From positions 384,001-448,000 of the forward strand of contig CBDCTJ010000007.1 of NCBI GenBank assembly GCA_965222115.1: a DNA stretch of 64,000 bases, given 5' to 3'. Numbering within the stretch: the first letter of the stretch is position 1; each line of letters opens with the position of its first letter. A program made the translations under genes and the position numbers. Below the pieces are notes generated by a model. That model saw only the letters and a program-made list of their open reading frames with translations, had not been told where the DNA came from and made no database searches. Of this stretch, positions 37,572 through 48,191 are shown one piece after another. The DNA comes from Planctomycetota bacterium (GTDB lineage: Bacteria > Planctomycetota > PLA2 > JAEUHO01).

Positions 37572-39449
37572 ATGGGCACCCTCCGTGGCAAGACGTGGCG
37601 TGTGCGCTGTCCTCAGTGCGAACGAGACGTGATTCACGATCCCAAGTCACTGCGCGCGCACTGCGCCGCGTGTGACTACGCGTTCGTACCCGCTGAAATG
37701 CCAACGGCGGCGATTCGGCGCAAGCACGGCGACGAGATCGCTGTCCCCGCACACCCCTGGACCGGCAAGACGTTGGGGCCTTGGACCATTGTTCGTCATC
37801 TAGGCGACGGCGGTATGGGCCAGGTATTCGAAGCGCGCGGCAAGAAGGGGCGCACACGCGTAGCGCTCAAAGTGCTTCGCAGCGAACTCTCCACCGACCC
37901 CAAATTCGTCAAACGCTTTCACCGCGAAGCGCGCGTGCTCAAGAGTCTTTCGCATCCCCACATTGTGGCGATGTTAGATCAGGGCGAAGACGATGGGCTT
38001 CTGTGGATCGCCATGGAGTACGTACGCGGCGAAACGCTGCGTCACGTGATGGCCCGCGGCACGATGTCGATGAAGACCCTTTCGCATCTCGGTTCGCAAA
38101 TCGGTTCCGCACTGGACTACGCCCACAAGAAAGGCGTAATTCACCGCGATCTCAAACCCGAAAACGTCATTGTTGACGAACAGGGCGACGTTCATTTGGT
38201 GGACTTCGGGCTCTCCAAGCTTCATGAAACAACGCTTGCCGACAACGACTCGCGCTTGACGCGAACCGACGTGATTATGGGCACCTACGAATACATGGCG
38301 CCCGAGCATCGCCGCGGCGATCAGAAACTCGACGCGCGGGCCGATGTGTTCTCCTACGGCGTATTGCTCTACGAAATGGCCACCGGTTCCTTGCCGCTGG
38401 GCCGCTTTGCGTTGCCCTCAGAACTTCGTAGCGAACTCCCGACCGAACTCGACGAGATTGTTTCGAAGGCACTTGCTACCAACCCGAAAGATCGCTACGG
38501 CGCTGCCAGCGACATGGCGATTTCGTTGCACGAATGCGCGGGCATGAAGAAGTCGCGTCGTTGCCGGTGGTCGCGAAAGAAAGACAAAGCAACCGTCACG
38601 CCCGCGAGCGAGGGAGACATTGCCGACGCGCGTCGCATGCTTCGCCACGTAGAGCTTGTGGCATCCCTCGACCGCGTTGTTGCAATCCTATTCTTATTGG
38701 CCGGGACGATTGGCGTGCCTTTTGTGCGCGAGTTCATATCGTTCCCCTCCGTGCCCACAATGACGGGATTGAGCCTCGTGCTCATCATCATTGGCGTCAT
38801 GCTCTGGAAGCAGGGCAAAGCCCTGTCGCGAATGCAACCGGGGAGTCGATCGCGCCAAATCACAGCCAGTGCGTTTATGTGCTTGCTACCGCCGGTCATC
38901 ATTTTCGGCGGCATCTACGGCTTGATCGTCATGACCTCGGATCGCGCCCGCCGCGCATTTCGACTCGGCAAAGACGCATTACTTGACGACGACCAACGCG
39001 TTGAGCCCACGCTACCGGCCAAACCACGCCCCAAACACGCGCCCATGCCGTTCGCACCTCGTGCGGCACCCAAGGACTTTGGCATCGGCATGCGTATCTA
39101 CGCGCTTTGCGGTGTGTTGCTCAGCCTCTATGCCGTGCTTGTGTGCACCTCGGTGGAACTGTTTGGACGATCGGGTGGATCAGGCAGCGACATCCTCACC
39201 GTACGCCCCAGCCATGACGGCATCCTGAGCATGTCGTCGAGCGACATTCACGACTTTGGCGGCGTCATGCTCGTCGCGTGCTTCGTTTCGGTACTGGTCT
39301 TGCTCTACACGTTCGCGCGCCGGCGCGTCGTGCGCGGGTGGGGCCTCGCGTTTGTCATCGCGTCCTTTGTGTTTGGCGCGTCCTATTGGTTACACCACGC
39401 CGCCACATCGGCGGGGTTTGCGAGTCCGCTTTTCGGCCACGCCCTTTGA
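37572..39449 (+). CDS. Ser/Thr protein kinase with N-terminal Zn ribbon and C-terminal multi-TM region
   Basis: CPQC..CAAC, GDGGMGQVF, VALKVL, HRDLKPEN, DFGL, MGTYEYMAPE; several hydrophobic helices. Start 37533 or 37572. Confidence 0.93.
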   Translation: MGTLRGKTWRVRCPQCERDVIHDPKSLRAHCAACDYAFVPAEMPTAAIRRKHGDEIAVPAHPWTGKTLGPWTIVRHLGDGGMGQVFEARGKKGRTRVALKVLRSELSTDPKFVKRFHREARVLKSLSHPHIVAMLDQGEDDGLLWIAMEYVRGETLRHVMARGTMSMKTLSHLGSQIGSALDYAHKKGVIHRDLKPENVIVDEQGDVHLVDFGLSKLHETTLADNDSRLTRTDVIMGTYEYMAPEHRRGDQKLDARADVFSYGVLLYEMATGSLPLGRFALPSELRSELPTELDEIVSKALATNPKDRYGAASDMAISLHECAGMKKSRRCRWSRKKDKATVTPASEGDIADARRMLRHVELVASLDRVVAILFLLAGTIGVPFVREFISFPSVPTMTGLSLVLIIIGVMLWKQGKALSRMQPGSRSRQITASAFMCLLPPVIIFGGIYGLIVMTSDRARRAFRLGKDALLDDDQRVEPTLPAKPRPKHAPMPFAPRAAPKDFGIGMRIYALCGVLLSLYAVLVCTSVELFGRSGGSGSDILTVRPSHDGILSMSSSDIHDFGGVMLVACFVSVLVLLYTFARRRVVRGWGLAFVIASFVFGASYWLHHAATSAGFASPLFGHAL

Positions 39450-39542
39450 GTGTTGGACGTAGTCGAATGCACAGATTTTCGCTGATCATGCACGGCGTGT
39501 GATCCGCATTCGTTTCCCTCCCGTCCTATTTAGGAGACTGTT

Positions 39543-40364
39543 ATGAAGAAACTACTTGTCCTGGGTCTGATTGGCTTTGGTCTGGTGTCGTTTGTGGGTG
39601 CAGACGTCGTCAAGTCGTCGGTAAAGAACATTCGTCACGCCGCGCGCGAAGCACTCACCAAAGACCTGCCCCTTGAACAGCAACTCGCCGAAGCGCGTTC
39701 GCAAATCGACAGCTACGCACAGAGCATCATTCGCGGTGAAGTCGCCGCCGAGAATTTGAAAGACATGATCGCCGATGCCGAACGCGATGTACGCACGCTC
39801 ACCGCACGTGTAGGTCATGATCGCGAAGCACTTGCAGCGCTTCGCACGCAGCTCACGAGCGACCGTGTGGAGATTGTGCCCACGGGGACGAGCGCCGCGA
39901 CGCAACGCACCGGTTCGGAAGAAGCGGTTGCCATCATGCGCGCCAAGCGCTTTCAAGCCACGAGTGAGATTCTCGCGCGTCGCACCAAAGACGTGGCACG
40001 GTTGAAGGCCGAATACCAAGGCACGCTTGATTCGCTTGCCAAGGCACAGAGCCAGCAGCTTCGCTTGCAAGAAGAAGTGCGCGTGCTCGCTGCGGAGATT
40101 GAGTCACTCAACGCGCGCCAAGCGGCCGCGCGCACCCGTCACGCCGTTGGCAATCCTTCGGTGTCGGAGAGCGGTTTCGCCGATGCGCAAGCCAAGATCA
40201 AGTCGATTCGCACCAAGCTGCGCGAACAGAACAAGATGTTGCGCCACTTTGAGGTGCAGAGCGACGTTCGCGCTGCCAGCGATCACGCCTCCACGGCTGT
40301 GCTTCCCGGCGACGCCGTCCAGGCCATTGATGAAGTACTCACGGCCTATCCGGCAAGCAAGTAA
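39543..40364 (+). CDS. Signal/TM-anchored long coiled-coil protein, PspA/IM30-like
   Basis: GGAGA RBS; hydrophobic N-terminus; long heptad helices (LPLEQQLAEARSQI, LAAEIESLNARQAAA). Confidence 0.65.
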   Translation: MKKLLVLGLIGFGLVSFVGADVVKSSVKNIRHAAREALTKDLPLEQQLAEARSQIDSYAQSIIRGEVAAENLKDMIADAERDVRTLTARVGHDREALAALRTQLTSDRVEIVPTGTSAATQRTGSEEAVAIMRAKRFQATSEILARRTKDVARLKAEYQGTLDSLAKAQSQQLRLQEEVRVLAAEIESLNARQAAARTRHAVGNPSVSESGFADAQAKIKSIRTKLREQNKMLRHFEVQSDVRAASDHASTAVLPGDAVQAIDEVLTAYPASK

Positions 40365-40376
40365 CACGTCTCCCGG

Positions 40377-40406
40377 TGCCGCGGCGACCAACGCGTCGCC
40401 GCGGCA
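40377..40406. other. Perfect 12-bp GC-rich intergenic hairpin without U-tract
   Basis: TGCCGCGGCGAC-CAACGC-GTCGCCGCGGCA directly after the stop at 40364. Confidence 0.7.
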
Positions 40407-40437
40407 TGTCCTCCCACACACTTCATGAAACGAGGAG

Positions 40438-41466
40438 ATGGCCGTGGCCAAGCATCTCGGAGATCACACATCCACGCCGTTTTCCGCGAAACCGCGTAAG
40501 CGTTTCCGCGCGATTCGACGCGTTGCGTGGCTAGCACTCTTTGCCGCGCTGACAGTCGAGGGCTACACGCGCATTCATGAACACCGCGCGCGCAGAAGCC
40601 TCACGCACGACGCACGCCACCTGTCTATGTCAGGCGGCCAGCCAGGGCGCCACACGCCATTTTCACGTATGTCAAACGACGCCGAATGGCGCGCCTTGGT
40701 CGAGCACAAGAACGTGGCCGCAGCGATTGATGTCTCAACGCGCGGTGCGGCTCACTTTGGTCGCGACGCCAACCGTGTGCGGCACTCATTGGCCGAGCTT
40801 GCCGCAACGCAGGGACTTCGCGCCCTGCAGGAACCGTCCACGTCGGGCCATGTATTGGCCGCACGTCTCTATCAAGCCGCCGGCGATGGCACCGCCGCGG
40901 CACGCCACTGGCAATTCGCAAGTCGCCTGGCACCCAGCGACGACACACTTGAAAGGCGTGCCGACGCATCGATCAATCTCGCCATGGCCCACCGCGCGCG
41001 TCCCGCCACGCGCACCGCAGGCGGCGCTGGATTCGGCGTTTTGCTCCTCAGTTCACTACTCGGTGGCTTCGCTGGAAAGTGCCACAAGAAACGCAGGCGC
41101 TATGTCGATTCCATTCGTGGTTCCGTGCGCATGGTGGTGGACGGCGACGGCAGCCAAGTCGCGCCCACGCTTGATCGAGACAGTTCATCACTCTTGGTCG
41201 ACGTATTGCTGCGCGGTCGCTATGGTCTTGCGCCCAAGTGTTTGCGTCGCAAGGGCCCAACGATGCAGATCACCTGCTCCCACCCCGAAGCCTCCAAATC
41301 GCTGCGCTTGCGTCCCACGGGCGACGTCCGCGGCGACGCCGTACGCGTCAAGGTCACCCGCGAAACGCTCAAGCGTCTCAAATCCGAGCCCGGCACCTGG
41401 CGTATGTTCGTTCAACTCGACGATCGCTGCATCGCCACGGCACCGCTTCACGTGCAGAACGCCTAG
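40438..41466 (+). CDS. Hypothetical membrane protein (two TM segments, TPR-like helix)
   Basis: GAGGAG RBS; TM segments; ARLYQAAGDGTAAARHWQFASRLAP is TPR-like. Confidence 0.7.
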   Translation: MAVAKHLGDHTSTPFSAKPRKRFRAIRRVAWLALFAALTVEGYTRIHEHRARRSLTHDARHLSMSGGQPGRHTPFSRMSNDAEWRALVEHKNVAAAIDVSTRGAAHFGRDANRVRHSLAELAATQGLRALQEPSTSGHVLAARLYQAAGDGTAAARHWQFASRLAPSDDTLERRADASINLAMAHRARPATRTAGGAGFGVLLLSSLLGGFAGKCHKKRRRYVDSIRGSVRMVVDGDGSQVAPTLDRDSSSLLVDVLLRGRYGLAPKCLRRKGPTMQITCSHPEASKSLRLRPTGDVRGDAVRVKVTRETLKRLKSEPGTWRMFVQLDDRCIATAPLHVQNA

Positions 41467-41521
41467 CCCGGATTGCTCATGAAGCGCGCGATTTACCCAA
41501 GTTCATGAGTATTCCGGGCTA
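41464..41521. repeat. REP/MITE-like palindrome, long copy
   Basis: 20-bp arms TAGCCCGGATTGCTCATGAA / TTCATGAGTATTCCGGGCTA (18/20 match) around 18 nt; supplies the TAG stop of the upstream gene. Confidence 0.75.
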
Positions 41522-41570
41522 ACCTGCCGTTTTCCTCTGCACTACAAAATGCGTGCGCGGCGGGGATGCC

Positions 41571-42209
41571 ATGAGCGATTCGATTACTGCGCGGCTCTCA
41601 AGCACCCTCGGGCGGCGGCATGGCAAGCCAAACATTGCGCTCGCCAAGGATCTTGTCAATCGCCAGGATGAGCGTCTGATCGATGCGGTAATCGCGTTGC
41701 TCGAGCACAAAACGAAGGCCATTCGCCACGACGCCATTGAAGTGCTCTACGAGATTGGGCAGCGAGACCCGTACTTACTTGAATCGCACTTCGACGTAAT
41801 TTCCGAAGGGCTTGACAGCAACGACAATCGCATGCTGTGGCGCACACTTGCCACGATTGACACGCTGTGCGGCGTGGTTCCAAAGAAGACCATGGCGCTG
41901 CTCACACAGATAGTGGACGCTGGCGATCGTGGCTCGGTAATCGCCAAGGACAAGACCATTTCTATTCTCACCACCCTGGCAGAAGAGCCGGCATACGCGT
42001 CAAAGCTCGCGCCGATCATGCTCGCGCGCCTCAAATCGGCCGCGCCCAATCAGTTCCCGACCTATGCCGAGAAGATTGCGGTGGTGATCGCCGAAGATTC
42101 ACGTGATGAACTCGTAGCGATCCTCGAAGACCGATTGGAATCTATCGAGCAGGCGTCAAAGGCTAGACGCGTGGACAAAGTGATCGCGAAGTTGATCGAA
42201 TCACGCTGA
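41571..42209 (+). CDS. Hypothetical HEAT-like protein
   Basis: PNIALAKDL, DAIEVLYEIG, SNDNRMLW, GSVIAKD, NQFPTYAE. Confidence 0.8.
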   Translation: MSDSITARLSSTLGRRHGKPNIALAKDLVNRQDERLIDAVIALLEHKTKAIRHDAIEVLYEIGQRDPYLLESHFDVISEGLDSNDNRMLWRTLATIDTLCGVVPKKTMALLTQIVDAGDRGSVIAKDKTISILTTLAEEPAYASKLAPIMLARLKSAAPNQFPTYAEKIAVVIAEDSRDELVAILEDRLESIEQASKARRVDKVIAKLIESR

Positions 42210-42287
42210 GTGCTATTTGGGTGAACCTCAAGCGCGAACCGCTACGTGGCATTGCGCACACGCAACACGTATTACTAAGCAATCCGA

Positions 42288-43313
42288 CTACTTCGCAAGC
42301 CACACGACATCGGGAACGCCCGCACCGGTGAGCGAATCCGCATACGTTTCCGAGATCGAAACTGCCGGTTCAACTTGGGCGACGTGACGCTGGAAAAATG
42401 CAACGGCAAGCGCCCGCACCATGCGCTGTGTATCGCTTCCGATGTCGGTCGCGCCGCTGCCGGCAAAGTGCAAATGACCTGTGTTCTCCAGCGAGGCGAA
42501 CACCTTATTCCCCGGCGGCATGCCGTCGTAGCTCTCCTGTCGCCAAGACGCGGGCAGGCCATCACGACCATCGTCTTCGGATCCCGTGAGCAGTAATGCA
42601 GGAACAGATACGGCGGCAAAGGACGACACGTCAAAGTTGCCCGTGCTTCCCGTTCCCTGTGGCGACATCGCGACGATCGCCGCCACGCGCGTATCAACCA
42701 AGCTTGTAAGACCGCCAGGAAGTCCTGCCAGGGCACCGCCCGATACAAGCGCCGTGTAGGCACCAAAGGAGTGGCCCATCACGCCCACGTCGCGCGCATC
42801 AATCTTTCCCATCAAGGAAGCGTGTGTCGCATTCCAGCTACTCGCCTCATCAATAACAAAGCTCACGTCGGCAGGGCGATCGACATACTCCACCGTGTCG
42901 TCTGCCACCATGGCAATCGCTTGAAAGAAGTTAATGGCCGGATCTTGCGCCAGTGCATTGACCGCAGCGAGATTGCTTCCCACATGTTCCACAAGGACAA
43001 CCACAAAGCCATGGCTTGCTATGTGTAGCGCTTGCCCCTCATGCGTGTCACGTGTACCGCCCGCGCCATGGGACACAACGAGAAGTGGAAACGGCCCGCC
43101 ACGCTGCGGCGTAATCACCGTACTTGGCACCGCTCGCCCACGCGCCGCGTCCATCAGAGACGCGAACTCGATCGTCTCGGTGGTGAAGCCACCTAGAAGC
43201 GCTGGATCGGTAGGACCTGATGGCGGTGTGGTGGGTGTATCTCCGCCGCCACCGCCACAGGCAGATGTACTCAGAGCGAACAGTAGCAGTCCGAGTCCTA
43301 GGTGCGTGCGCAT
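42288..43313 (-). CDS. Alpha/beta hydrolase lipoprotein
   Basis: Lipobox TSAC, PLLVVSHGAGG, ASHGFVV, DRPADVSFVID, GHSFGA nucleophile elbow, TGSEDD, GHLHF. Confidence 0.9.
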   Translation of the reverse strand: MRTHLGLGLLLFALSTSACGGGGGDTPTTPPSGPTDPALLGGFTTETIEFASLMDAARGRAVPSTVITPQRGGPFPLLVVSHGAGGTRDTHEGQALHIASHGFVVVLVEHVGSNLAAVNALAQDPAINFFQAIAMVADDTVEYVDRPADVSFVIDEASSWNATHASLMGKIDARDVGVMGHSFGAYTALVSGGALAGLPGGLTSLVDTRVAAIVAMSPQGTGSTGNFDVSSFAAVSVPALLLTGSEDDGRDGLPASWRQESYDGMPPGNKVFASLENTGHLHFAGSGATDIGSDTQRMVRALAVAFFQRHVAQVEPAVSISETYADSLTGAGVPDVVWLAK

Positions 43314-43451
43314 GCAGCCTCATACCCCGTGCAACTGGGCGAGTTTCGAAGGGAATATTGGGCGCACCCGTGTGATCTCAGTGGCGCTAATGGCGAGGGG
43401 TGTCCGCGGCACGCTGCTTGATCCATCAAATGCGTCCATTGCTCAAATGCC

Positions 43452-44393
43452 TTGAGGTTTCGCCGGAGCAAGCTCAAAATCAACGTCGTGGATTCAGCAG
43501 CCAAACTCCAGATTTCTATACTCACGATCGCGGGGGTACTCGCAGCCGCGTACCTATTGACAGTAGCGTTCTCGTTGAGTGGGGAAGAAAGCTCAACCGT
43601 CTCAAGTGCTGCCCCCAGATGGAGGGCGGAAAACGATGAAGGCTCCCCACTTTCTTTGCTTGCGTTCGTCCTACTTAACTCACGAGAATTACCGACGCCC
43701 GACGCAGTCTCTAGCGCACTTAGGTCGTCAGGTCTTCCCGCCGCATCAGTCTCGGCACTCAAAGAGAGTCATGGCTTCTCAATCAAATACAGCAAGGATA
43801 ACGAAGTCTTAGCAATGAGCATGGGTGCGCCCGTGCCAATCGATGAAATCACTGAGGCCGTTAGGCGCAACATACTGATCGTGAGAGACAAAGATCGAAT
43901 CGCTGCTCATAACAACCACATGGTGGTTACGGGAATCGGGTTGCACCACGAAAGTCGATTGATAGCACTTTGGCGATTCACGAAGATCGTCGCCGAAATC
44001 GCGCACGTCTCTGGCGCCGTGGGCGTGTATTGGGGCGCTGGCGGCGTAGCCCAACCGTCATATTTCTTTCGGTCGGTTGCACGGTCAAAGCGCGTGCCGA
44101 TTTCGCTCTGGATCGGCGTAGATGTTGCGACGAAAGGAACGGACCGCATCCGACTGCTGAGCAGGGGAATGGAGTCGCTCGACTTACCGGACTTACTCAT
44201 GACAGGTTCTGCAAAGACAAAGCCGCGAACCGTTGGTCGCTTCTTTAACACGTTGAGGTATATGGCGACGCGCCCGGAGCCCTTGAACGAGGGGGAATCG
44301 GTGGAGTATATCGAGGACGTTTTCGGACGCGTGCGCTATGTACCGTCGCCCGCTGACGAGGACGTCCGAGTCGTTCGGATCGACTTGAAGTGA
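43452..44393 (+). CDS. DUF4261-like protein (start uncertain)
   Basis: MGAPVP..E, AHNNHMVV, GAVGVYWG, PISLWIGV, SRGMESLDLPDL. Confidence 0.72.
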   Translation: MRFRRSKLKINVVDSAAKLQISILTIAGVLAAAYLLTVAFSLSGEESSTVSSAAPRWRAENDEGSPLSLLAFVLLNSRELPTPDAVSSALRSSGLPAASVSALKESHGFSIKYSKDNEVLAMSMGAPVPIDEITEAVRRNILIVRDKDRIAAHNNHMVVTGIGLHHESRLIALWRFTKIVAEIAHVSGAVGVYWGAGGVAQPSYFFRSVARSKRVPISLWIGVDVATKGTDRIRLLSRGMESLDLPDLLMTGSAKTKPRTVGRFFNTLRYMATRPEPLNEGESVEYIEDVFGRVRYVPSPADEDVRVVRIDLK

Positions 44394-44529
44394 CAGACAC
44401 ACATCGCGATAAATGGGTTGTGCCACTGACCGAGTCGCGATTCGGTTATGCCTCGTAGCGCCTCGGTGTCAGCAACAAGAGAACACGCGACGCTGGGTCT
44501 CGACGATCTCGAACGACACAACGTGCGAG

Positions 44530-44793
44530 CTACGACTTCGGACGCTGCCATCCGTCGAGTTCATCCATCTTCTTAATCGATAGATGCGCAACGATCATGG
44601 ACCCGAATCCCATAACGGCGGAGAGAATTGTCAACGCATCGTCATGGCCTGCGAATGCGGCGCTAGCCGCGATGACGCCAATGGCGAATGCAATCCAGTA
44701 CATGGCCACGGCCGAGCCGCGACCGGGAATGCCAAAGAAGGCAATCTTGACCCATCCGGGGATGGGTTTGGGCGTCGTGTTTGGGTTGCTCAT
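44530..44793 (-). CDS. Small two-TM membrane protein
   Basis: AAGGAG RBS, ATG 44793, two hydrophobic segments. Confidence 0.65.
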   Translation of the reverse strand: MSNPNTTPKPIPGWVKIAFFGIPGRGSAVAMYWIAFAIGVIAASAAFAGHDDALTILSAVMGFGSMIVAHLSIKKMDELDGWQRPKS

Positions 44794-44956
44794 CGGTGGT
44801 GTCTCCTTACCCACCTATACGCACTCCCATCCCACGCAGCCTCACGACGGAAGGATGAAGTAGCAAAGGGCTTGTTGTTCGACGGAAACGCCAGTTTTTA
44901 GGCATCTCAGCTAGTGCTACAGTGTCATACAGCCTCACAACGCGGAAGTAGGAGCG

Positions 44957-45232
44957 ATGAGCAAACGCAAGAACATCCGTATCTCCTTTACACCGGAGCA
45001 GGCGGACTTCCTTGCTGCGTGCGTTACGTCGGGTCGCTATCAATCCACGAGTGAAGTGGTTAGAGAGAGCATTCGGCTGCTTCAGGATCGGCAGCTGTTA
45101 CGGGATGCGAAAGTGGCGCGTGTCCGGGCACTAGTTCAAGAGGGCGCAGATGCACTTGACCGCGGCCACGTTATTGACGGCGATACGTTCTTTCGTGAGT
45201 GGGATGATGAGATAGACAGGTTGGACCACTGA
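44957..45232 (+). CDS. parD: ParD-family (RHH) type II antitoxin, orphan
   Basis: AGGAG RBS; [43 protein letters not shown]. Confidence 0.88.
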   Translation: MSKRKNIRISFTPEQADFLAACVTSGRYQSTSEVVRESIRLLQDRQLLRDAKVARVRALVQEGADALDRGHVIDGDTFFREWDDEIDRLDH

Positions 45233-45413
45233 TCTACTTTACGGCTTGCGCGACTTCCGATTCTGAATGAACTCGTACGCAAGTAGCCCGAGCCAGATAA
45301 GTAGGAGATAGAGACTTACGTCGGGCCACGTAAAGATGCTGATGCAAAGGGCACCTATCAGGAGTAAGTCTCTTATGTCTCGGGCAGTCACGACGGGCGA
45401 CAGATGCAAATAC

Positions 45414-48071
45414 CTACCGCCCCGGCTGCTGGCCTGGCTCTTCGGGCTCGAGCTTGAACTCGAGGGGTGTGTCGTTGGGGGGTGTCACCCCGCGCTTGAT
45501 GGCCGATTCGGCGCCCGTGGCACGGAAGTTCTTGTAGCCACGTGCCCACCACACAACCACGCTGTAGGCCCCTGCCGGGACATTCTCGATCTTGAAGGTG
45601 CCGTCCTTTTCGGACTGCGCAAAATTGGTTGGCGTGACGGTGTCCTCGTCCTCTTGGTTGGCACTGTCTTGCTCGTTCTCTTGGCCCGGATTTTCAGACG
45701 TTGAAATGCCGACCCAGGCGCCTTCAACAGGCTTGTCGTCTGTATCGAGCACGCGCCCTTTGATGATGGACCCGCGCTTCATCGTGATCATGTAGTTATC
45801 AACCTCTTGGTTGTTCTGCATGCGGATGTCGCGCTTGTACCAGGTGACGTAGTCGTCCTTGGTGGCTTCAACGATAATGCGGCCAGGCTTGAGGCCACTG
45901 AACTCATAGCGGCCTTCGGAATCCGAAACGTATGCTTCGCCACGAAACACGCCGCGCAATTCCCAGGCATTGAGCTTGGGCTTTTTCGCAAGTTCGTCGC
46001 TGAGGGTCGCCACGCGTACGCGCGCGCCTGTGAGCAACTGTCCATTTTCGTCCTGCACGCGACCCTTTAGCGAGCCGCCCTTTAGCATCTCGATCTTCAC
46101 CTTCTTCACGGCGCCGGTATCAACGCTAAAGGGCTTGCTCTCGCTCTCCACATAGCCGTCGCCGGTGGCAGCCGCGACCCACTTCGCACCGGGCGCTACA
46201 CCAGTAAGCGTGAACCGTCCCTTGGCATCGGTGATCGTGGCGCCACGCCTGGCGTCTCGAATTCGGCGCGCCGAACGACTACGGCGGGCGCCACCGCTCC
46301 AACCACGACCTTCATCGCGCTTCTGCTTGAGACGGACGCGTACGCCATCCACCGGGGTGCCATCGGGCGCAGCCACCACGCCCGTAACACTGCCCGATAC
46401 AGACATCGTCACATCGTGCGAGACCTCACCCCCTTCAACCTTTACGGGTTCCGTGCCGCCCGTTTGTGCAAATCCTGGGTACACCGCAACCACTTGCACG
46501 TCGCCATTGGCGACACCTTCAAGAACGTATTCACCGTTGGCATCGGACACCGCGGTCGCGCCTCCGATAAACATCGACACGCGGCTCACGGCGGAAACCT
46601 CAACACCTTGTAGTGGTACGCCATCTTTGGCGTTCGTGATACGGCCACGAATCGATCCGCCTCTCTTGAGGACGGCGTCGACCTCAGCCGTTTCACCCGC
46701 TTTGATGTCGGAAATCTGATTGCCGGTCCACTGAGATCGCGAATCGGTGATATAGCCTTGAGCCTTAAATCCGGCCGACATGACAGGACCCGCGAGCAAG
46801 TTTACAAGTTCGTATTCACCCTTGGCGTTGGTAAGGGCATAGGCGCTGCTGTTGGTGCCGCGTCCCATGCGGCCCACGAACAAGGCCACTTCTGCACCCT
46901 CAATGGGCTCGCCTGTCGTATCGTCGGTGACGACACCCTTTAGGGTGCCTCCAAGTTGCAGCTCAAAATCGCGACGCAACTTGCGTTCGATGGCCACGGA
47001 CTGCGCAGAGAAGATGGGGGCGTACCCGTCTGCCTTGACGCCAAACGTGTATTTCGCGCCAAGTGCCAACGTCTCGAGCGAATACTCCCCGTTACTGTCG
47101 GTGCGCGCCATTTCGAACTCAAGGTTGCCCGACATCATGTTGCGCCACCCGCGGTCGTACGTCGCAATGACCTCGGCACCCGCAATAGGCTTGTTTTCGT
47201 GATCGGTAACTCTGCCAAAGGCAGTCCCCGCCGTACCTAGCACCAGCTTCAATGTGCCGGTACCGCGTTCACGATCAATCACAATGTCGTTCTCGTGATC
47301 ACTAGCAAGTCCGCGCTTGCGACCGACGACGGTGTAGGACCCATCTTCAAGGCGCGTAAGGGCGAAGTACCCCTGCTCGTCGGATTGGGTCGCGTCGGCG
47401 GCAGCAAAGTCGGCTTGGCCAAGGCGCGCGCGCTCAAACAAGATGCCGTCGCGGCCGGTCGTACGCGTGGGAGGAAACGCTTGTACGGCTGCATCGGCCA
47501 CGGGGCGCCCACGTTCATCAACCACGCGCCCACGCAACACGATTTCTTGGCCAAGGGGCACATCGCCGAGATCGGTGGTTTGTCGCGCACGCACCCGAAT
47601 GTCGGTCAGCGTGAGCACGGGGCCATCACCGGGAGCGATCACAACGCGATACATGCTTCCGGGGCGCACACTCTTGAGCAACACCACGCCTTGCGAATCG
47701 GAATCTTGTGCGCCAAGTTCTTCATTGATGCGACTCATCACCTTAACGCTTTGGCCCACGACCGGCGTCTTGTTGCCCGCCTGCACGAGGCGCAGTCGTA
47801 TCGCACCTTCATCGCCCTTGCCATAGAGTCCGGCGAGCGTCGTCGAATTCTCTTTCTCGTCGGGCGTCAGTGACTCGTTACCCGCCGTGCCATCGAGCAT
47901 GTCATTGTCGGTATCGCCCTGGGACACGTCGACGTCGTCGATGGCTGTGCCGCCATCAAAGACGCCACCGAAGTAAAGGCCCGCAATGACAGCGAGTGCG
48001 ACAAGGATCAACAGAATCGGGAACGCACTGGCGCCACGATTTTGCAAAGAGGGAGATTGGGAACCACGCAT
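45414..48071 (-). CDS. Membrane-anchored carboxypeptidase-regulatory-like repeat protein
   Basis: GGAGG RBS, N-terminal TM, repeated GRVVDERGRPVADAAV..SDEQGYF motifs. Confidence 0.88.
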   Translation of the reverse strand: MRGSQSPSLQNRGASAFPILLILVALAVIAGLYFGGVFDGGTAIDDVDVSQGDTDNDMLDGTAGNESLTPDEKENSTTLAGLYGKGDEGAIRLRLVQAGNKTPVVGQSVKVMSRINEELGAQDSDSQGVVLLKSVRPGSMYRVVIAPGDGPVLTLTDIRVRARQTTDLGDVPLGQEIVLRGRVVDERGRPVADAAVQAFPPTRTTGRDGILFERARLGQADFAAADATQSDEQGYFALTRLEDGSYTVVGRKRGLASDHENDIVIDRERGTGTLKLVLGTAGTAFGRVTDHENKPIAGAEVIATYDRGWRNMMSGNLEFEMARTDSNGEYSLETLALGAKYTFGVKADGYAPIFSAQSVAIERKLRRDFELQLGGTLKGVVTDDTTGEPIEGAEVALFVGRMGRGTNSSAYALTNAKGEYELVNLLAGPVMSAGFKAQGYITDSRSQWTGNQISDIKAGETAEVDAVLKRGGSIRGRITNAKDGVPLQGVEVSAVSRVSMFIGGATAVSDANGEYVLEGVANGDVQVVAVYPGFAQTGGTEPVKVEGGEVSHDVTMSVSGSVTGVVAAPDGTPVDGVRVRLKQKRDEGRGWSGGARRSRSARRIRDARRGATITDAKGRFTLTGVAPGAKWVAAATGDGYVESESKPFSVDTGAVKKVKIEMLKGGSLKGRVQDENGQLLTGARVRVATLSDELAKKPKLNAWELRGVFRGEAYVSDSEGRYEFSGLKPGRIIVEATKDDYVTWYKRDIRMQNNQEVDNYMITMKRGSIIKGRVLDTDDKPVEGAWVGISTSENPGQENEQDSANQEDEDTVTPTNFAQSEKDGTFKIENVPAGAYSVVVWWARGYKNFRATGAESAIKRGVTPPNDTPLEFKLEPEEPGQQPGR

Positions 48072-48191
48072 GCGGACCTCCAGGGCGCAGAACGTGAGAT
48101 GCGCCGAGGGGGTCAATGTATCCGCCGCTCGAAGGCGACGTGACCAAAGTGCCAAAGAAGAACACTCCTGAGATGAACGCGGGACGGGACC

